Virus record (IMG/VR): IMGVR_UViG_3300025645_000054
Location: 1 to 64,000 of that record
DNA length: 64,000 nucleotides
Source of the DNA: a virus
Strand: one strand, 5' to 3'
Below the pieces are notes generated by a model. It worked only from the letters and a program-made list of their open reading frames with translations. It was not told where the DNA came from and did no database searches. The position numbers and the translations under genes were made by a program. Shown here piece after piece: positions 11,501 through 20,606 of this stretch (positions are counted from its first letter, which is position 1; each line of letters begins with the position of its first letter).

Positions 11501-12142
11501 TTGAGGATCCGCTGTGGTGACCTGAAGGCTCTCCCACGCGATGTTGATGTCATGGTTGTCGTTCTCATCCTGCGCCAGCTCAACCCAGACTTCCCAGTCC
11601 CCGTTGATGCGGGGAACCTGCTTGGTAAATTCTTTGACTGAGGTTGCGCTGATCTTGAGATCTTCGTTCCAGGCATCTGTGCCGAAGAACCAATTCCATG
11701 TCGTTGTCCCGACCTCACGGTACAGCATCTTCAGATTGATGTTCACCTTCTGAACATCACCGTTGTCCTGTTGCTCCAGAACCCGGTTGAACACAATTCG
11801 CACGTCCAAAGAATCTATGGTATTGCTGAGGTTGGAGGGTGTGAGCCTGACCACAGGTACGTTGTGCGCGAGTGTCGTGCTGACACTGACGTTGGAAGTC
11901 GTGCCGCCAAGCACGTTTCGAACGGGGGAAGCCACATCCCCCCCACGGTAGTCATGCAGCTCGAATTTGAAGAAGTTGAGGTTGCCACCTTGTGAGACCA
12001 AGGGGGTTTCGCCCAGATAGAAACTGCGACCGCCATCTACCAGACCAGCGATCGGTCCTTCACAAATACCCAATGTGAGCTCGACAACGTCGTCGCTCTT
12101 GAAGCTGTCCTCAGGAATACTTGGACCACCACCCTTACCCAT
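8561..12142 (-). CDS. Tail tip / host specificity protein (lambda gpJ-like)
   Basis: ICEGPIAGL, WDGTFK..TDNPAWCLYDLLTN, QPRFTYN, FN3-like YWITAVDTSGNEG and a DUF1983-like C-terminus. Confidence 0.92.
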   Translation of the reverse strand: MGKGGGPSIPEDSFKSDDVVELTLGICEGPIAGLVDGGRSFYLGETPLVSQGGNLNFFKFELHDYRGGDVASPVRNVLGGTTSNVSVSTTLAHNVPVVRLTPSNLSNTIDSLDVRIVFNRVLEQQDNGDVQKVNINLKMLYREVGTTTWNWFFGTDAWNEDLKISATSVKEFTKQVPRINGDWEVWVELAQDENDNHDINIAWESLQVTTADPQTYNNLALVRVLSEASDQLNGVPNLSADWNGKITKIPSNYEPVTRYCTGTWDGTFKDGFTDNPAWCLYDLLTNETYGAKAYYPDLLVDRFSFYDAAQWCDVLVPREAGGFQPRFTYNDVIDDQRDGHSMLHYIAAIFGGQLTEDPSGMIVLKVDKPGTIKSIFGPESVENGDFSYNYTDVETRPNTYNVTFINPDLGWEKDVRRIDIPAFVTKHGRTARDHFAVGCVDVTEAQRRAFLRLLRANTETLTATFKVPRQGMLLEVYDLIGISDPTMRWGLSGRIKSADGNQITLRDPLVVPVNTSMKMIVQSPGGATELYVQSGVTNAQVLTITSGVLPGDMPTHAQFMLEETTIGLVKPFRILSVSEDGTDAEVFTVTALEFNGNKFGDADVQVYSGTTSYSSDFASLGPPDTIVAQSGTEHLIKHPSGSIESRIFVTWNQYIPSTVEVFYRRVGVDDYQVITGAGASAYIPNVVDGADYNIKIRLKDGFLSQEITHTVVGKTALPAKVLGWTIEGGLAEIYLYGTPFLEADFKFFRIYGGALGDTFENAVLLEETPSTSYVRVIPDNDTIDQYWITAVDTSGNEGPPSDPLSLVDGPGSVNTIWDDIALSAQEAFERFNGAFDESFDRLAELDIDARVTDALETARVEGVVDEVKTELTAGVDGVVADLVQNYYTAATVDTALVASELILNTKIDTDVGAVTADLTNNYYTITSTDTAIANSALILNTKIDTDVGVVSSNLSNNYYTASSTDTAIAAQITTFNTTLGSQYADITTTTNSIDGIRAVHGVKINNNGAVSGYGLISSLVNGQVTSDFIIDADAFRVGKGASSGTYTSPFQVIGSTTYITKGRIQVADIDTLQIAGDAVTVASSSTLNNALVGGANQLVHSGSLYFDQSGYIIVLWSGAHGYDAGGPYAHDFQLWVNGSMVQSRGGVDVEDYPMLSYGQAVNAGTTSVAVYWSAQGIDLELSNRTLSLSGGKR

Positions 12143-12846
12143 TAACCAGCCACCGGTACATTAGAGAGACTGGATACGTTTGAGGTGTACACCGGTCTGA
12201 GGGGACGAAGAGCGTCAACAAGGTGGAGTGTGTCATAGGTCTTATGGATCCCATCCCCGGCTTCTACCGTGACCCCCTCGGAGGCATCGGAATTGACCAG
12301 ACGTTTTGTGTCGACGTCGAAGGATAGGATCTGACCACCAAAACGGCGGGTGCCATAAATCAAGGGGATCGGGGTATCCACGTCGACGGTGTTCTGCACC
12401 GTTCCAAAATACTGGGACTTCTCATCCTCGTTGTCCTCGGGACTAGGGACCAGCATTTGCAGGATCCCGCCAAGGGCCATCATAGCGCCGGCAGAAAAGA
12501 CACTGGCGGCAGTGATGAGGGACTTGCCCCCGATCACGAGAAAACTTGCGCCACCCATGGCGAATGACAGACCGATCAGCGCGACCCCGATAAGGACCTG
12601 CATGAGACCCCCCTTGCCGCCACCACCGAAGGTGATGGTACGCACGTGGATCTCATCAATGTCTTGGCGCTGGAACAAGTCCTCGTAGTTGTCCACTCCG
12701 TCAATCTTGACCGAGAGGGGTTCGTCTACGTCGACGTACTGCTCAAGAAAGCGCATCGCTTCGGCTACTGTAGCCGCCTCGACTTCAATAGGCTTGTCAT
12801 GATGCTCAGCCAGCTGGCCGTGGAGATATATCGTCTTCCGCGTCAA
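12142..12846 (-). CDS. Tail assembly protein (gpI-like)
   Basis: IYLHGQL...ATVAEAMR, GGGGKGG plus a hydrophobic stretch, PIPLIYG; probable TTG start at 12846. Confidence 0.85.
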   Translation of the reverse strand: MTRKTIYLHGQLAEHHDKPIEVEAATVAEAMRFLEQYVDVDEPLSVKIDGVDNYEDLFQRQDIDEIHVRTITFGGGGKGGLMQVLIGVALIGLSFAMGGASFLVIGGKSLITAASVFSAGAMMALGGILQMLVPSPEDNEDEKSQYFGTVQNTVDVDTPIPLIYGTRRFGGQILSFDVDTKRLVNSDASEGVTVEAGDGIHKTYDTLHLVDALRPLRPVYTSNVSSLSNVPVAG

Positions 12847-13171
12847 AATTGTACACCATTCCGTCAAGTACACAGTACGCTCTTACTTCGTCACTATAAA
12901 TAACGAAATGTTTAAGACTTGGCCATGATTTAAAAAACCAAAAGTCAGGGATGGAAAGATTGGCCGACCCTCGGGGGTGTGTGTGCCAAGATGCCAGAGC
13001 GCCGGCCAGAGCCTCCTCTGGAATCTGAAACATTTCTGTGGGGTCTTTTGCGAGGTTTTCTGTCTCCAGAATCTCCCCCTCGGGGGTGATGACCCCGCAG
13101 CGCTCAGCTGCGTCCGTCCAGAGCTCTTTTAGCTGCGGCTTGAAACTCTGGGTTTTTGAAAAGCTCAACAT
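12806..13171 (-). CDS. JAB/MPN-domain tail protein (gpK N-terminal half)
   Basis: ERCG...WHTHPRGSANLSIPD JAMM motif; start uncertain. Confidence 0.8.
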   Translation of the reverse strand: MLSFSKTQSFKPQLKELWTDAAERCGVITPEGEILETENLAKDPTEMFQIPEEALAGALASWHTHPRGSANLSIPDFWFFKSWPSLKHFVIYSDEVRAYCVLDGMVYNFDAEDDISPRPAG

Positions 13172-13598
13172 CGATGACCTCATGGATATGTACGGAATCG
13201 CCCTCGACCGGGCGGGCAATTTTAGGGTGTCTCAGAACCACGTTGGCCCTACGGCCCCACCTGGGGCGTAGGGGATCCAAGCAGCTCAGCTGCTGGGGAA
13301 GGGCATGCAGGATCTGGTTTCCCTCGACCACAATGGCCGCATGGGTGTTGGTCCTTGTGCCATAAGGCATCAGCAGGATATCCCCGACGCGGAGATGGTC
13401 ATCAAAGACGTTCTGGAAATCCGTCTGCTTGTAGAGCGAGTACAGATCGAGATGGGGATCCTCCCAAAAGTCACTAGGGCGGGCCACGTTGGGGGTCCAG
13501 ATGCCGTAGACCTCGATGAGGTAGTTTCGGATCAGGAAGAAGCAGTCGTTCTTCCCCTCTTCATAGGCGATACCCAGCCATTTATTTAAGTCGGACAT
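13104..13598 (-). CDS. NlpC/P60 tail protein (gpK C-terminal half)
   Basis: LGIAYEEGKNDCFFLIRNY...NTHAAI...ILH. Confidence 0.85.
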   Translation of the reverse strand: MSDLNKWLGIAYEEGKNDCFFLIRNYLIEVYGIWTPNVARPSDFWEDPHLDLYSLYKQTDFQNVFDDHLRVGDILLMPYGTRTNTHAAIVVEGNQILHALPQQLSCLDPLRPRWGRRANVVLRHPKIARPVEGDSVHIHEVIDVELFKNPEFQAAAKRALDGRS

Positions 13599-14064
13599 GA
13601 GGGAACTCCGGTGGGGCATATTGGCGATACGGCAGCTTGAAGCGGGCCCCATCCAAAGCGCCCCGGGACTCCAAAACTATAATCTCTTTGGTGACGCTGA
13701 GCACCCGGCTGACACGCATCTCGCGCTTCAGCGACCGGTCGTCCCCTGCCGTCAGATCACTCTTGAGGAGCTGGTACCGGATGAGGGTCGCCCCCTCTAA
13801 TGACCGCTGGTCTACAGCGGACGTGAAGATCCCCTCGGGGTTCACCACTGAGAAGCGGGGACGGTTCTTTTTATCATTGGACTGTTTTCCCGCATCGCTT
13901 AGAGCGCAGGGGATCTCCTCAAAGGTTTTCCCCATCCAGACGATCTCCCCGACCGGGGACATTCGAACGATAGCCCCGTCTGTGTCCGTCAGCTCAAAGA
14001 GCAGAACAAAGGGCTCGTTCTCAAGATTGTGGGCCTGAGCGATGATCGTGGCGGGTGTGGTCAT
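13582..14064 (-). CDS. Minor tail protein L-like
   Basis: VLLFEL...IVWMGKTFEEIP...KLPYRQ; synteny. Confidence 0.75.
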   Translation of the reverse strand: MTTPATIIAQAHNLENEPFVLLFELTDTDGAIVRMSPVGEIVWMGKTFEEIPCALSDAGKQSNDKKNRPRFSVVNPEGIFTSAVDQRSLEGATLIRYQLLKSDLTAGDDRSLKREMRVSRVLSVTKEIIVLESRGALDGARFKLPYRQYAPPEFPHVRLK

Positions 14065-14444
14065 GGGATCTCCAGGAGCTCGACACGGACTTCCTCAAGC
14101 ACCCCGGTACCCCCCATGACCCCCTCGGGGATCTCCAGAGGCCGGTTAAACTTGCAGACGAGTGTGCCATAAACGGGGTGATCGAAGTTGAAGCTGAAGG
14201 CCAGTTTGTGGTCATTATAGAAGTTTTCGAGGACCAGCATGTTGCGACCGGGTTCTGTGACAGCGGTCAGGTCTCCCCCCGCGTCACAGAAATACTGCAG
14301 CCCGGGGATGCTCAGCTGGAAGAGCCGTTGGTCCGGGGCCTGCGCGGCCGCGGTGTGGACATAGCTGCGCCCCAACTGCATGCGCAGACCACTCTCTGGG
14401 TAGCGAGTGGAGAACCGGAAGTAGGTGCAAGGAAAGTTCTCCAT
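14061..14444 (-). CDS. Minor tail protein M / distal tail-like
   Basis: Immediately after the tape measure; coupled by overlap. Confidence 0.6.
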   Translation of the reverse strand: MENFPCTYFRFSTRYPESGLRMQLGRSYVHTAAAQAPDQRLFQLSIPGLQYFCDAGGDLTAVTEPGRNMLVLENFYNDHKLAFSFNFDHPVYGTLVCKFNRPLEIPEGVMGGTGVLEEVRVELLEIP

Positions 14445-17400
14445 TACATGGATCCTCCACTGATGGCCCGGATTAGCTGGCCAGTTGATCCATTCTTGGC
14501 GATGTCATCAGAGATGATGGCGATCATGTCATTCGGGCCCGGAACTGGTGCGCGAGAGCGCTCGTCCACCAACCACAGGTTCTGGTTCTGGCCGGGGCCT
14601 TTTGGCTTGGCCGCGCCCACGATCCCACCAGCGGCCTTGCGTTTGGTGTTGCCCATGGAGTTCAACCGATCCAGTTCTTCCCGACCAATCATCCGGGCAG
14701 CGGAGGCGCGGAGGACATACTCACCGGGCATCAACAGGTGAGGCTGGCTGTCCCGGGCGAGGTTACCCTCCACAGGACCACCGCCGGCCTTTCGGACCAT
14801 GCCTCCTTCTCGGGACCCCTTGAGGCCGTCAAGCATGTCCGAGATAAATCCACCGGCCGCTGACCCCTTGCCGAAGATGCTCATCGTGGCTTCGAGGGCC
14901 TTGATGGCCAGCATACGGGCGAAGACCTGCATCAGGCTCTGGACGACAGATGCAGCGAAGTCGCGGAAAGCATCCTTGCCGCTCTTGGTTCCGCTCACCA
15001 GATCGGTGAACAGGGTGCCAAAGCCTGTGAGGAGATTGTTCAGGACATCCTTGGTGCCCTCTTCCACGGTCTTGACGACCGAGAGAGACTCTTTGGACCA
15101 GTCCTTGATGACCTTGCTCAGGTCGATCTGGGCCATACCCTGCTTCTCTTTGAGCCAGAGGATATTCTCCTCTTCCTGTTTGATGAAGCTGGTCAGCTTA
15201 CCGTGCTGATCAAGGAGGGCGGTCAGGCGCTCTTCCTCGGCCACGGTGCGCGTGGTCTTGGCCGAGATCTGGTCGATCAGCCCCCGACGTTTTTCAAGCT
15301 CCGCATTCGCATCCTGCAGGGCCGACAGAATGGTCTCGAGACCCTGTCGTTCGTCCCCACCATTGTCGATGTCGATGGTCGCGGACCCGATGTCGTTCTT
15401 GATGCTGGCTAGCATCTTTTCGAACTCAGGGTCTCTCTTCTTGTGCTTCCGCCCTCCACGCCCGGGCTTCGCAGCTTTCTCAGCGGCGGCGGCGTCTTTT
15501 TCAGCCCGAGCGGCAGCACGGGCTCCGTAAACGACAAAGCCATCTACGAAGGTATCAAACCATGTGGCTGGGGCTCCTCCTCGACTCTCCTCCTGTTCCA
15601 GTTGGGTCAGAGCACCGGCGGCACCCACCTCGTCGCCAGCGAACTCTTCTCGGATCTCGGCGCGGGCTTTCTGGCCCTGAAAGGTGCGCATGAGGCTACC
15701 GGCCCGGGCCAGTTTACCCGCCAGTCGGCTGGCTGCGCTGACGGCTCTTTCGATGGGCCCCGCCAAGTTAAGATCTGAAATTTTCTGACCTTCGCGGAAC
15801 GCCGCCAGCAGTTCCTCTTTCAAATCCGCAGAGGCCTCACTGCTGTCCACAATCAGTTTATAGGCATCATACTCGGCCTCATTTCGGGCTTTCACGACCT
15901 GGAGATTATCTTCACCCAGGATCTTCGTCAGAAAGGCGACTTTGTTCTGGGCCTTCATGACCGCCAGTTTCTCCTCGGCCTCTTTGGTGTCCTCTTTAGC
16001 CCGGTTCTTAAATTTCAGATCCAGTAATTTTTGCATCTGAGCCAGTTGGTCCTCGACCAGAGCTCCCAGCCCCGCCGCTTCCATCGCGACGCGGACATGC
16101 TCTTTCTCGATGTCCAGCTTAGCTTGGGCCAGCTCACGGCTGTCAGCCTCATACTTGAGCTTGACCTCCTCCAGCTCAATTTGCTTTTCGAGCTCAGCTG
16201 TTTCTGCCGCTACCGCGTCGATGACATCCGTCACCCGATCAGTGGTCTTGTCCTGAATATCCGCCCCTTGGGCATCATAATCAGCATTGACCCCCAGCGC
16301 TTGTGCTGCCTGCAGATCGGCATCCCCTCCTGCGGCAGCAATCGCCTTGAGTTCCAGATCCCGAACAACCTCCAGCTGGTCCAGCTGTGCGGTCAGGGCG
16401 TTGGCGATCGCGGTGAAACCTTTGGCCTCACTGAGTTCTTTCCCCAGTTCCTCGAGCTTTTTCTTCGCGGCCTTGACGTCCTCCCCCGCGATCTTCTCAT
16501 TGACCGTGTCGGCTTCCTCTTTGAAACCTCGGAAGATGTTGAGCGCGGTACTCTCAGCTTCGTTGATCATCTGGGTGATGAGATCAATGTTTTCTTGGGA
16601 GGTGATGATGCCAGCATCTATCAGCATCTGCAGCGTCTGACGCTGCTGGTCGCTGTCTCGGTCAAAATTCGCAAAGCGCTGGGACACCTCTTTAAACCGC
16701 GCGTTAGCGGTTGTGCCTGAGATGTTTCCCCCGATCCGGGCTGCAACATCCGTATCTAGTTCAGAAGCGTCATCTATCAAGGTGGCAACTGCAGGGTTGC
16801 TTCGTTCCACCGCGGCTTCCCGCACCCGGATTTGTTCCTGCTTCTGCTGGATGTATCTCTCCAGATCTTGCAGCTGAGTGAAGGTATCCGCCGAACCATC
16901 TAGGATTGACTTTATGTACTCTGCCAGTACCCCCTGTACCCGATGGTTTATCCCAGTCTTGTCCCGGGCATTGGTTTCAAAATCCAAAAGGAGAGCGTTC
17001 AACTGTGACGTGGAGCTTCCCACCTGATTGGCAGAGGCCCCGGGAATAGCCAATGGTACAGCCAGTTTTTGGATATTCTTCAGCTGCGTAGACTGATACT
17101 GGGACGCGGAATTGTCCCTGCGAAGATCATAGGGAACCTCCATAACCGTTTTCTTATTCGCCTTCAGCCCTTGAGATAGAGTGTCCTGAGTGCTCTTAAT
17201 CAGCGTGTCCAGATCCCGGATCGACGTGTCCATTTCCAAGACAAACTTCTGAGAAAGTTCCTTTCTCAGGTCACGCATGGTCTTGATCAAATCAACGACT
17301 GTCGTCCCGACACTGTCGGCATCCTTGCCCATCTCGACGAACTGCCGCTGGACGTCTAGGATGGCCGACTCCAGGATAGCCCCGCCGCCCGAGAGGAGAT

Positions 17401-19873
17401 CAAAACGATTGAGAAGATCCTGAAGGGTAGCGTCCACCCGGATGATAGATTTACCGGTGGCTTCAGCCGCGCCCGTGGATCGGTCAAAAGCCGTCTGGGC
17501 CTTCTCTAGAGCCTTCGCTGTCCCATAGGAAACACCAGACAGGAGTTGGAAGCCCCCCGCAAGAAGTGAAACAGCACCGATGGCGATACCAATGGGTGTC
17601 ATCCGCAGGCCTAGGTTCAGGGCCAGGACGCCCGCAGCCGCTCCGCGCGAGGCGACCCCAACCCCTGTCATTGCCGCGGCGGCAGCTGGAGCCACGAACA
17701 TCAGATTTTTCAGTGCCATGGCCATCCGGCCAAAGTATACAGCTGCGGCGACCACGGCCCCCGAGGCCAAAACGGTGACCACCGTTTGCAGGGCCCCCTC
17801 ATACTTTCGGATCACCGCAAAACCATCGGCCAGAGCTTTTGTTACAGCCGTGACCAGTTTCAGAAGAGGGTCCAAGCCTGCGGCCGCGACCGATCCCAAG
17901 ACCGAACCCAGGCGCTTTCCTTGGTTGCTCAGGGACCGCATCTGGGTCTCGTTGGCCCGAATGGCCGCAGAGGTCCGCTGGAACGCGTTCTGCAGAGACA
18001 GCATCTGCTCGAGGTTGCCCGACAGAGCGTTGTAGGCCGAGGCCGCGCGTACTTCAAAGGCCTTGATGGCATCAGCGGAGCTGAAGCCCGCGTCTTTCAG
18101 GTTCTTCAGGGCCCCATAGAGACCTTTGGTCTCGAGGTTCACATCGTCCATGGTCAGGCCGAGACGGTCGAGGGTTTCACTAAATTCCTTCGACGGTTTC
18201 TGCAGCGCGATCAGGATCTGGCGCATGCCTGTACCGAGGGTGGAGCCGGATCGGATACCAGCGTTGGCCATCGCGCCGAGGGCCGATGTCAGCTCTTTGA
18301 AGCTGACCCCGGACTGGGCCGCGATGTTACCAGAATACTGGAGACCCAGTGTGAGCTTCTCGATGTTCAGCTTGGAAGTGTTCACCGCCTCTGTGAGGAC
18401 GTTGGCCACCTCGGCCATCTGTGAGGACTCCATGTTGAACACACCGATGGTCGACGTGGCGATGTCGACGGCCCGGTCCAGCTCGGTCCCGGTGGCCGTG
18501 GCCAGCAGGGACACTGCTCGGATGGAGTCTTGGATCTCGGTGGTAGAGAAACCGGCCTGTCCAAGGGTGACGGCCGCGTTGGCTACTTCAACCGCGGTGA
18601 ACTTGGTCTCTTCCGAAATGCCAATCAGGCTGTCCTTGAGGACGCCCAAATCGGTGTCGGTGATCCGCACGATCGCCTGCAGGTTCCGCATCGCCGTATC
18701 GAGGTTCACGGTAAACCCGATCGCCGCTTGGACCCCAGTCTGCAGCTGGTTCATGAGGGCGTAGTTCGCCATCAGGCCCGCTTGGATGACAAAGAGGCTG
18801 GCCCCGCTGTCCCCGAGGAGACCCCGGCGCTTGTTGTCCCGGCCGACAGCGATCTGCTCGGCTGTCATCCCTTTGGGACGGGCCTTCTCTGCCGCAATCT
18901 CTTGCTTCCGCATGCGCAGCCGTTGTTCGATCAGGCTGTTCAGCTTCTGGGCCTGACGCACAGCCTCGATGTTGCCCCGGCCCTGCTCCAGCCCCAATCG
19001 GGTCAGTGCCCGTTCCTGTACGGCCCGGAGAGCTCCGATGTCCTTGATCTGTCCGACAGAGCGGAGGCTCTTCTGGAGGTTCAGAGATTCAGCTTGGGCC
19101 CCTTGGATCCGCTCACGGTTGGCGTTGCGCCGTGCAGACAGTGACTGGTTCTGCAGGCGGGCGCTCTCTTTGTCGAACCGGACCTGCTCCGCCTTGGCCT
19201 CTGTCGCCCTCTGGATAGAGGCCAGTTGGCGATCTGCAGCTTGCTCCAACTTCTCTGATTGACGAACGGTCTGACGGCCGGTCGCGATACTCTTGGTCAG
19301 GGCATTCCGTTCAGTGAGCAGTTGGTTTTTTTGGTCTGCGTCAAGACCCCCTCCCCGGAGGGCAACCCGACGCACGTCCCTGCGGGCCATATCTGTTTCG
19401 AGCTGATTGCGGGCCTGAGCATTCTTCAATCGGGCCAGCTCTTTTGTGCCCAACACATCCTGTGCCTGGGTCATCTTCTGAACATCTTTGAGCGCCCGGA
19501 CAGCATCCAGTTTGGACGCCTGCTGGATCTTAGCAATCCCTTCACGGGTGCGCTGCTCTTTGTTCAGTTCTTGAACCAGACGCTTCTGCTGGTCTGCCAC
19601 CTGTCCGGTGGCCGTGCCCAGTTTGGCAGTATCCGCCGCCCGCTGGCGCTCACGGTACCCCACCCCACTGTTGAAGCTCCCAAGACCCAAGGCATTTCCA
19701 GCCGCGGCTTTGGTGCTCTGGGCCATCTTTACCGTGGCGAGGTTCTGATAGCCCTTGACCAGCATGTTGATGCTGTTGGCTGCGGCTTCCAGATCCTTCT
19801 GGAGCTGTTTGATGTCCTTTTTGGTCCCAGCTGTGGTCCGGACGTCAACTAGATTTTTATTACCTGCCACCAA
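14444..19873 (-). CDS. Tape measure protein (TP901-family core), 1809 aa
   Basis: Ala-rich coiled coil; TKFTAVEVANA..LGQAGF, GIRSGSTLGTGMR; C-terminal LMPGEYVLRASA. Confidence 0.95.
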   Translation of the reverse strand: MVAGNKNLVDVRTTAGTKKDIKQLQKDLEAAANSINMLVKGYQNLATVKMAQSTKAAAGNALGLGSFNSGVGYRERQRAADTAKLGTATGQVADQQKRLVQELNKEQRTREGIAKIQQASKLDAVRALKDVQKMTQAQDVLGTKELARLKNAQARNQLETDMARRDVRRVALRGGGLDADQKNQLLTERNALTKSIATGRQTVRQSEKLEQAADRQLASIQRATEAKAEQVRFDKESARLQNQSLSARRNANRERIQGAQAESLNLQKSLRSVGQIKDIGALRAVQERALTRLGLEQGRGNIEAVRQAQKLNSLIEQRLRMRKQEIAAEKARPKGMTAEQIAVGRDNKRRGLLGDSGASLFVIQAGLMANYALMNQLQTGVQAAIGFTVNLDTAMRNLQAIVRITDTDLGVLKDSLIGISEETKFTAVEVANAAVTLGQAGFSTTEIQDSIRAVSLLATATGTELDRAVDIATSTIGVFNMESSQMAEVANVLTEAVNTSKLNIEKLTLGLQYSGNIAAQSGVSFKELTSALGAMANAGIRSGSTLGTGMRQILIALQKPSKEFSETLDRLGLTMDDVNLETKGLYGALKNLKDAGFSSADAIKAFEVRAASAYNALSGNLEQMLSLQNAFQRTSAAIRANETQMRSLSNQGKRLGSVLGSVAAAGLDPLLKLVTAVTKALADGFAVIRKYEGALQTVVTVLASGAVVAAAVYFGRMAMALKNLMFVAPAAAAAMTGVGVASRGAAAGVLALNLGLRMTPIGIAIGAVSLLAGGFQLLSGVSYGTAKALEKAQTAFDRSTGAAEATGKSIIRVDATLQDLLNRFDLLSGGGAILESAILDVQRQFVEMGKDADSVGTTVVDLIKTMRDLRKELSQKFVLEMDTSIRDLDTLIKSTQDTLSQGLKANKKTVMEVPYDLRRDNSASQYQSTQLKNIQKLAVPLAIPGASANQVGSSTSQLNALLLDFETNARDKTGINHRVQGVLAEYIKSILDGSADTFTQLQDLERYIQQKQEQIRVREAAVERSNPAVATLIDDASELDTDVAARIGGNISGTTANARFKEVSQRFANFDRDSDQQRQTLQMLIDAGIITSQENIDLITQMINEAESTALNIFRGFKEEADTVNEKIAGEDVKAAKKKLEELGKELSEAKGFTAIANALTAQLDQLEVVRDLELKAIAAAGGDADLQAAQALGVNADYDAQGADIQDKTTDRVTDVIDAVAAETAELEKQIELEEVKLKYEADSRELAQAKLDIEKEHVRVAMEAAGLGALVEDQLAQMQKLLDLKFKNRAKEDTKEAEEKLAVMKAQNKVAFLTKILGEDNLQVVKARNEAEYDAYKLIVDSSEASADLKEELLAAFREGQKISDLNLAGPIERAVSAASRLAGKLARAGSLMRTFQGQKARAEIREEFAGDEVGAAGALTQLEQEESRGGAPATWFDTFVDGFVVYGARAAARAEKDAAAAEKAAKPGRGGRKHKKRDPEFEKMLASIKNDIGSATIDIDNGGDERQGLETILSALQDANAELEKRRGLIDQISAKTTRTVAEEERLTALLDQHGKLTSFIKQEEENILWLKEKQGMAQIDLSKVIKDWSKESLSVVKTVEEGTKDVLNNLLTGFGTLFTDLVSGTKSGKDAFRDFAASVVQSLMQVFARMLAIKALEATMSIFGKGSAAGGFISDMLDGLKGSREGGMVRKAGGGPVEGNLARDSQPHLLMPGEYVLRASAARMIGREELDRLNSMGNTKRKAAGGIVGAAKPKGPGQNQNLWLVDERSRAPVPGPNDMIAIISDDIAKNGSTGQLIRAISGGSM

Positions 19874-20249
19874 AGATCTCCGTCATACCGGCCATGATCT
19901 CTTTCGTGGTGCTGGCTGTCTTCCGGTTCTCGGTTGATACAGACTGTGTACCGCCCGAGGATTTCTTTGATCCGAAGATATGGCCGGCAACCTCGAGAAG
20001 AGATTCGTAGTACTGAACAGCGCGTGACTGCTCCTGACCCAAGTAAAGTTTCAAGGACATCTTAATATCTGCCAGTGTATATAGCCAGAACACTTCAGAC
20101 AGATTTGAAGGGACCCGCTGGAACACCAGACAGGCCACTTCTTCAAAGGTGAGAGCTTGCCACCAATCTAGGTAGGCTGAAGGGCCGTCAGACGCGGTTC
20201 GACCCTCGACCCCGACGCTTTCGCTTTCTCCGCTGACTTGACGAAAAAA
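19860..20249 (-). CDS. Tail assembly chaperone GT extension (-1 frame)
   Basis: Open -1 frame entered at slippery T TTT TTC (20249-20243); reads FFRQVSGESES... Confidence 0.75.
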   Translation of the reverse strand, partial: FFRQVSGESESVGVEGRTASDGPSAYLDWWQALTFEEVACLVFQRVPSNLSEVFWLYTLADIKMSLKLYLGQEQSRAVQYYESLLEVAGHIFGSKKSSGGTQSVSTENRKTASTTKEIMAGMTEIFGGR

Positions 20250-20524
20250 TCCAGAGCGTGGTCCCCCGCCCAAGCCAGTAAGGCGTTGATGTCGTCCGGG
20301 GAGGCTTCGCTGGAGAAGGCGTTGAACTGGGTGGTGATTTTACCCGTTTGATCCCGCTCTGACAGCAGAGCGATGAGGGCCTCTTCACGCAGCGAGTGAT
20401 CTACACCCAGGAAGAAAACGCCTTCCATGTCGCCGCAGATTTTGCAGATCAGGTCCAGAAGGCCATAGAACATGGTCACCTTCTTGGGCTCTCCGTTTAC
20501 AGTCAATTCAAACGTATGTTCCAT
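20168..20524 (-). CDS. Tail assembly chaperone G
   Basis: Between tail tube and tape measure; ATG 20524 with GAGGA RBS. Confidence 0.8.
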   Translation of the reverse strand: MEHTFELTVNGEPKKVTMFYGLLDLICKICGDMEGVFFLGVDHSLREEALIALLSERDQTGKITTQFNAFSSEASPDDINALLAWAGDHALDFFVKSAEKAKASGSRVEPRLTALQPT

Positions 20525-20540
20525 GATTACTTGGTTCCTC

Positions 20541-20580
20541 AAAGTAAAAGTCCCCCCATCTCTACCGAGGTGGGGGGACT
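20541..20580 (-). terminator. Rho-independent terminator after the major tail gene
   Basis: AGTCCCCCCACCTC-GGTA-GAGATGGGGGGACT followed by TTTACTTT. Confidence 0.8.
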
Positions 20581-20606
20581 CCATTCAAGGTTTATTTTGA
20601 ACGATT

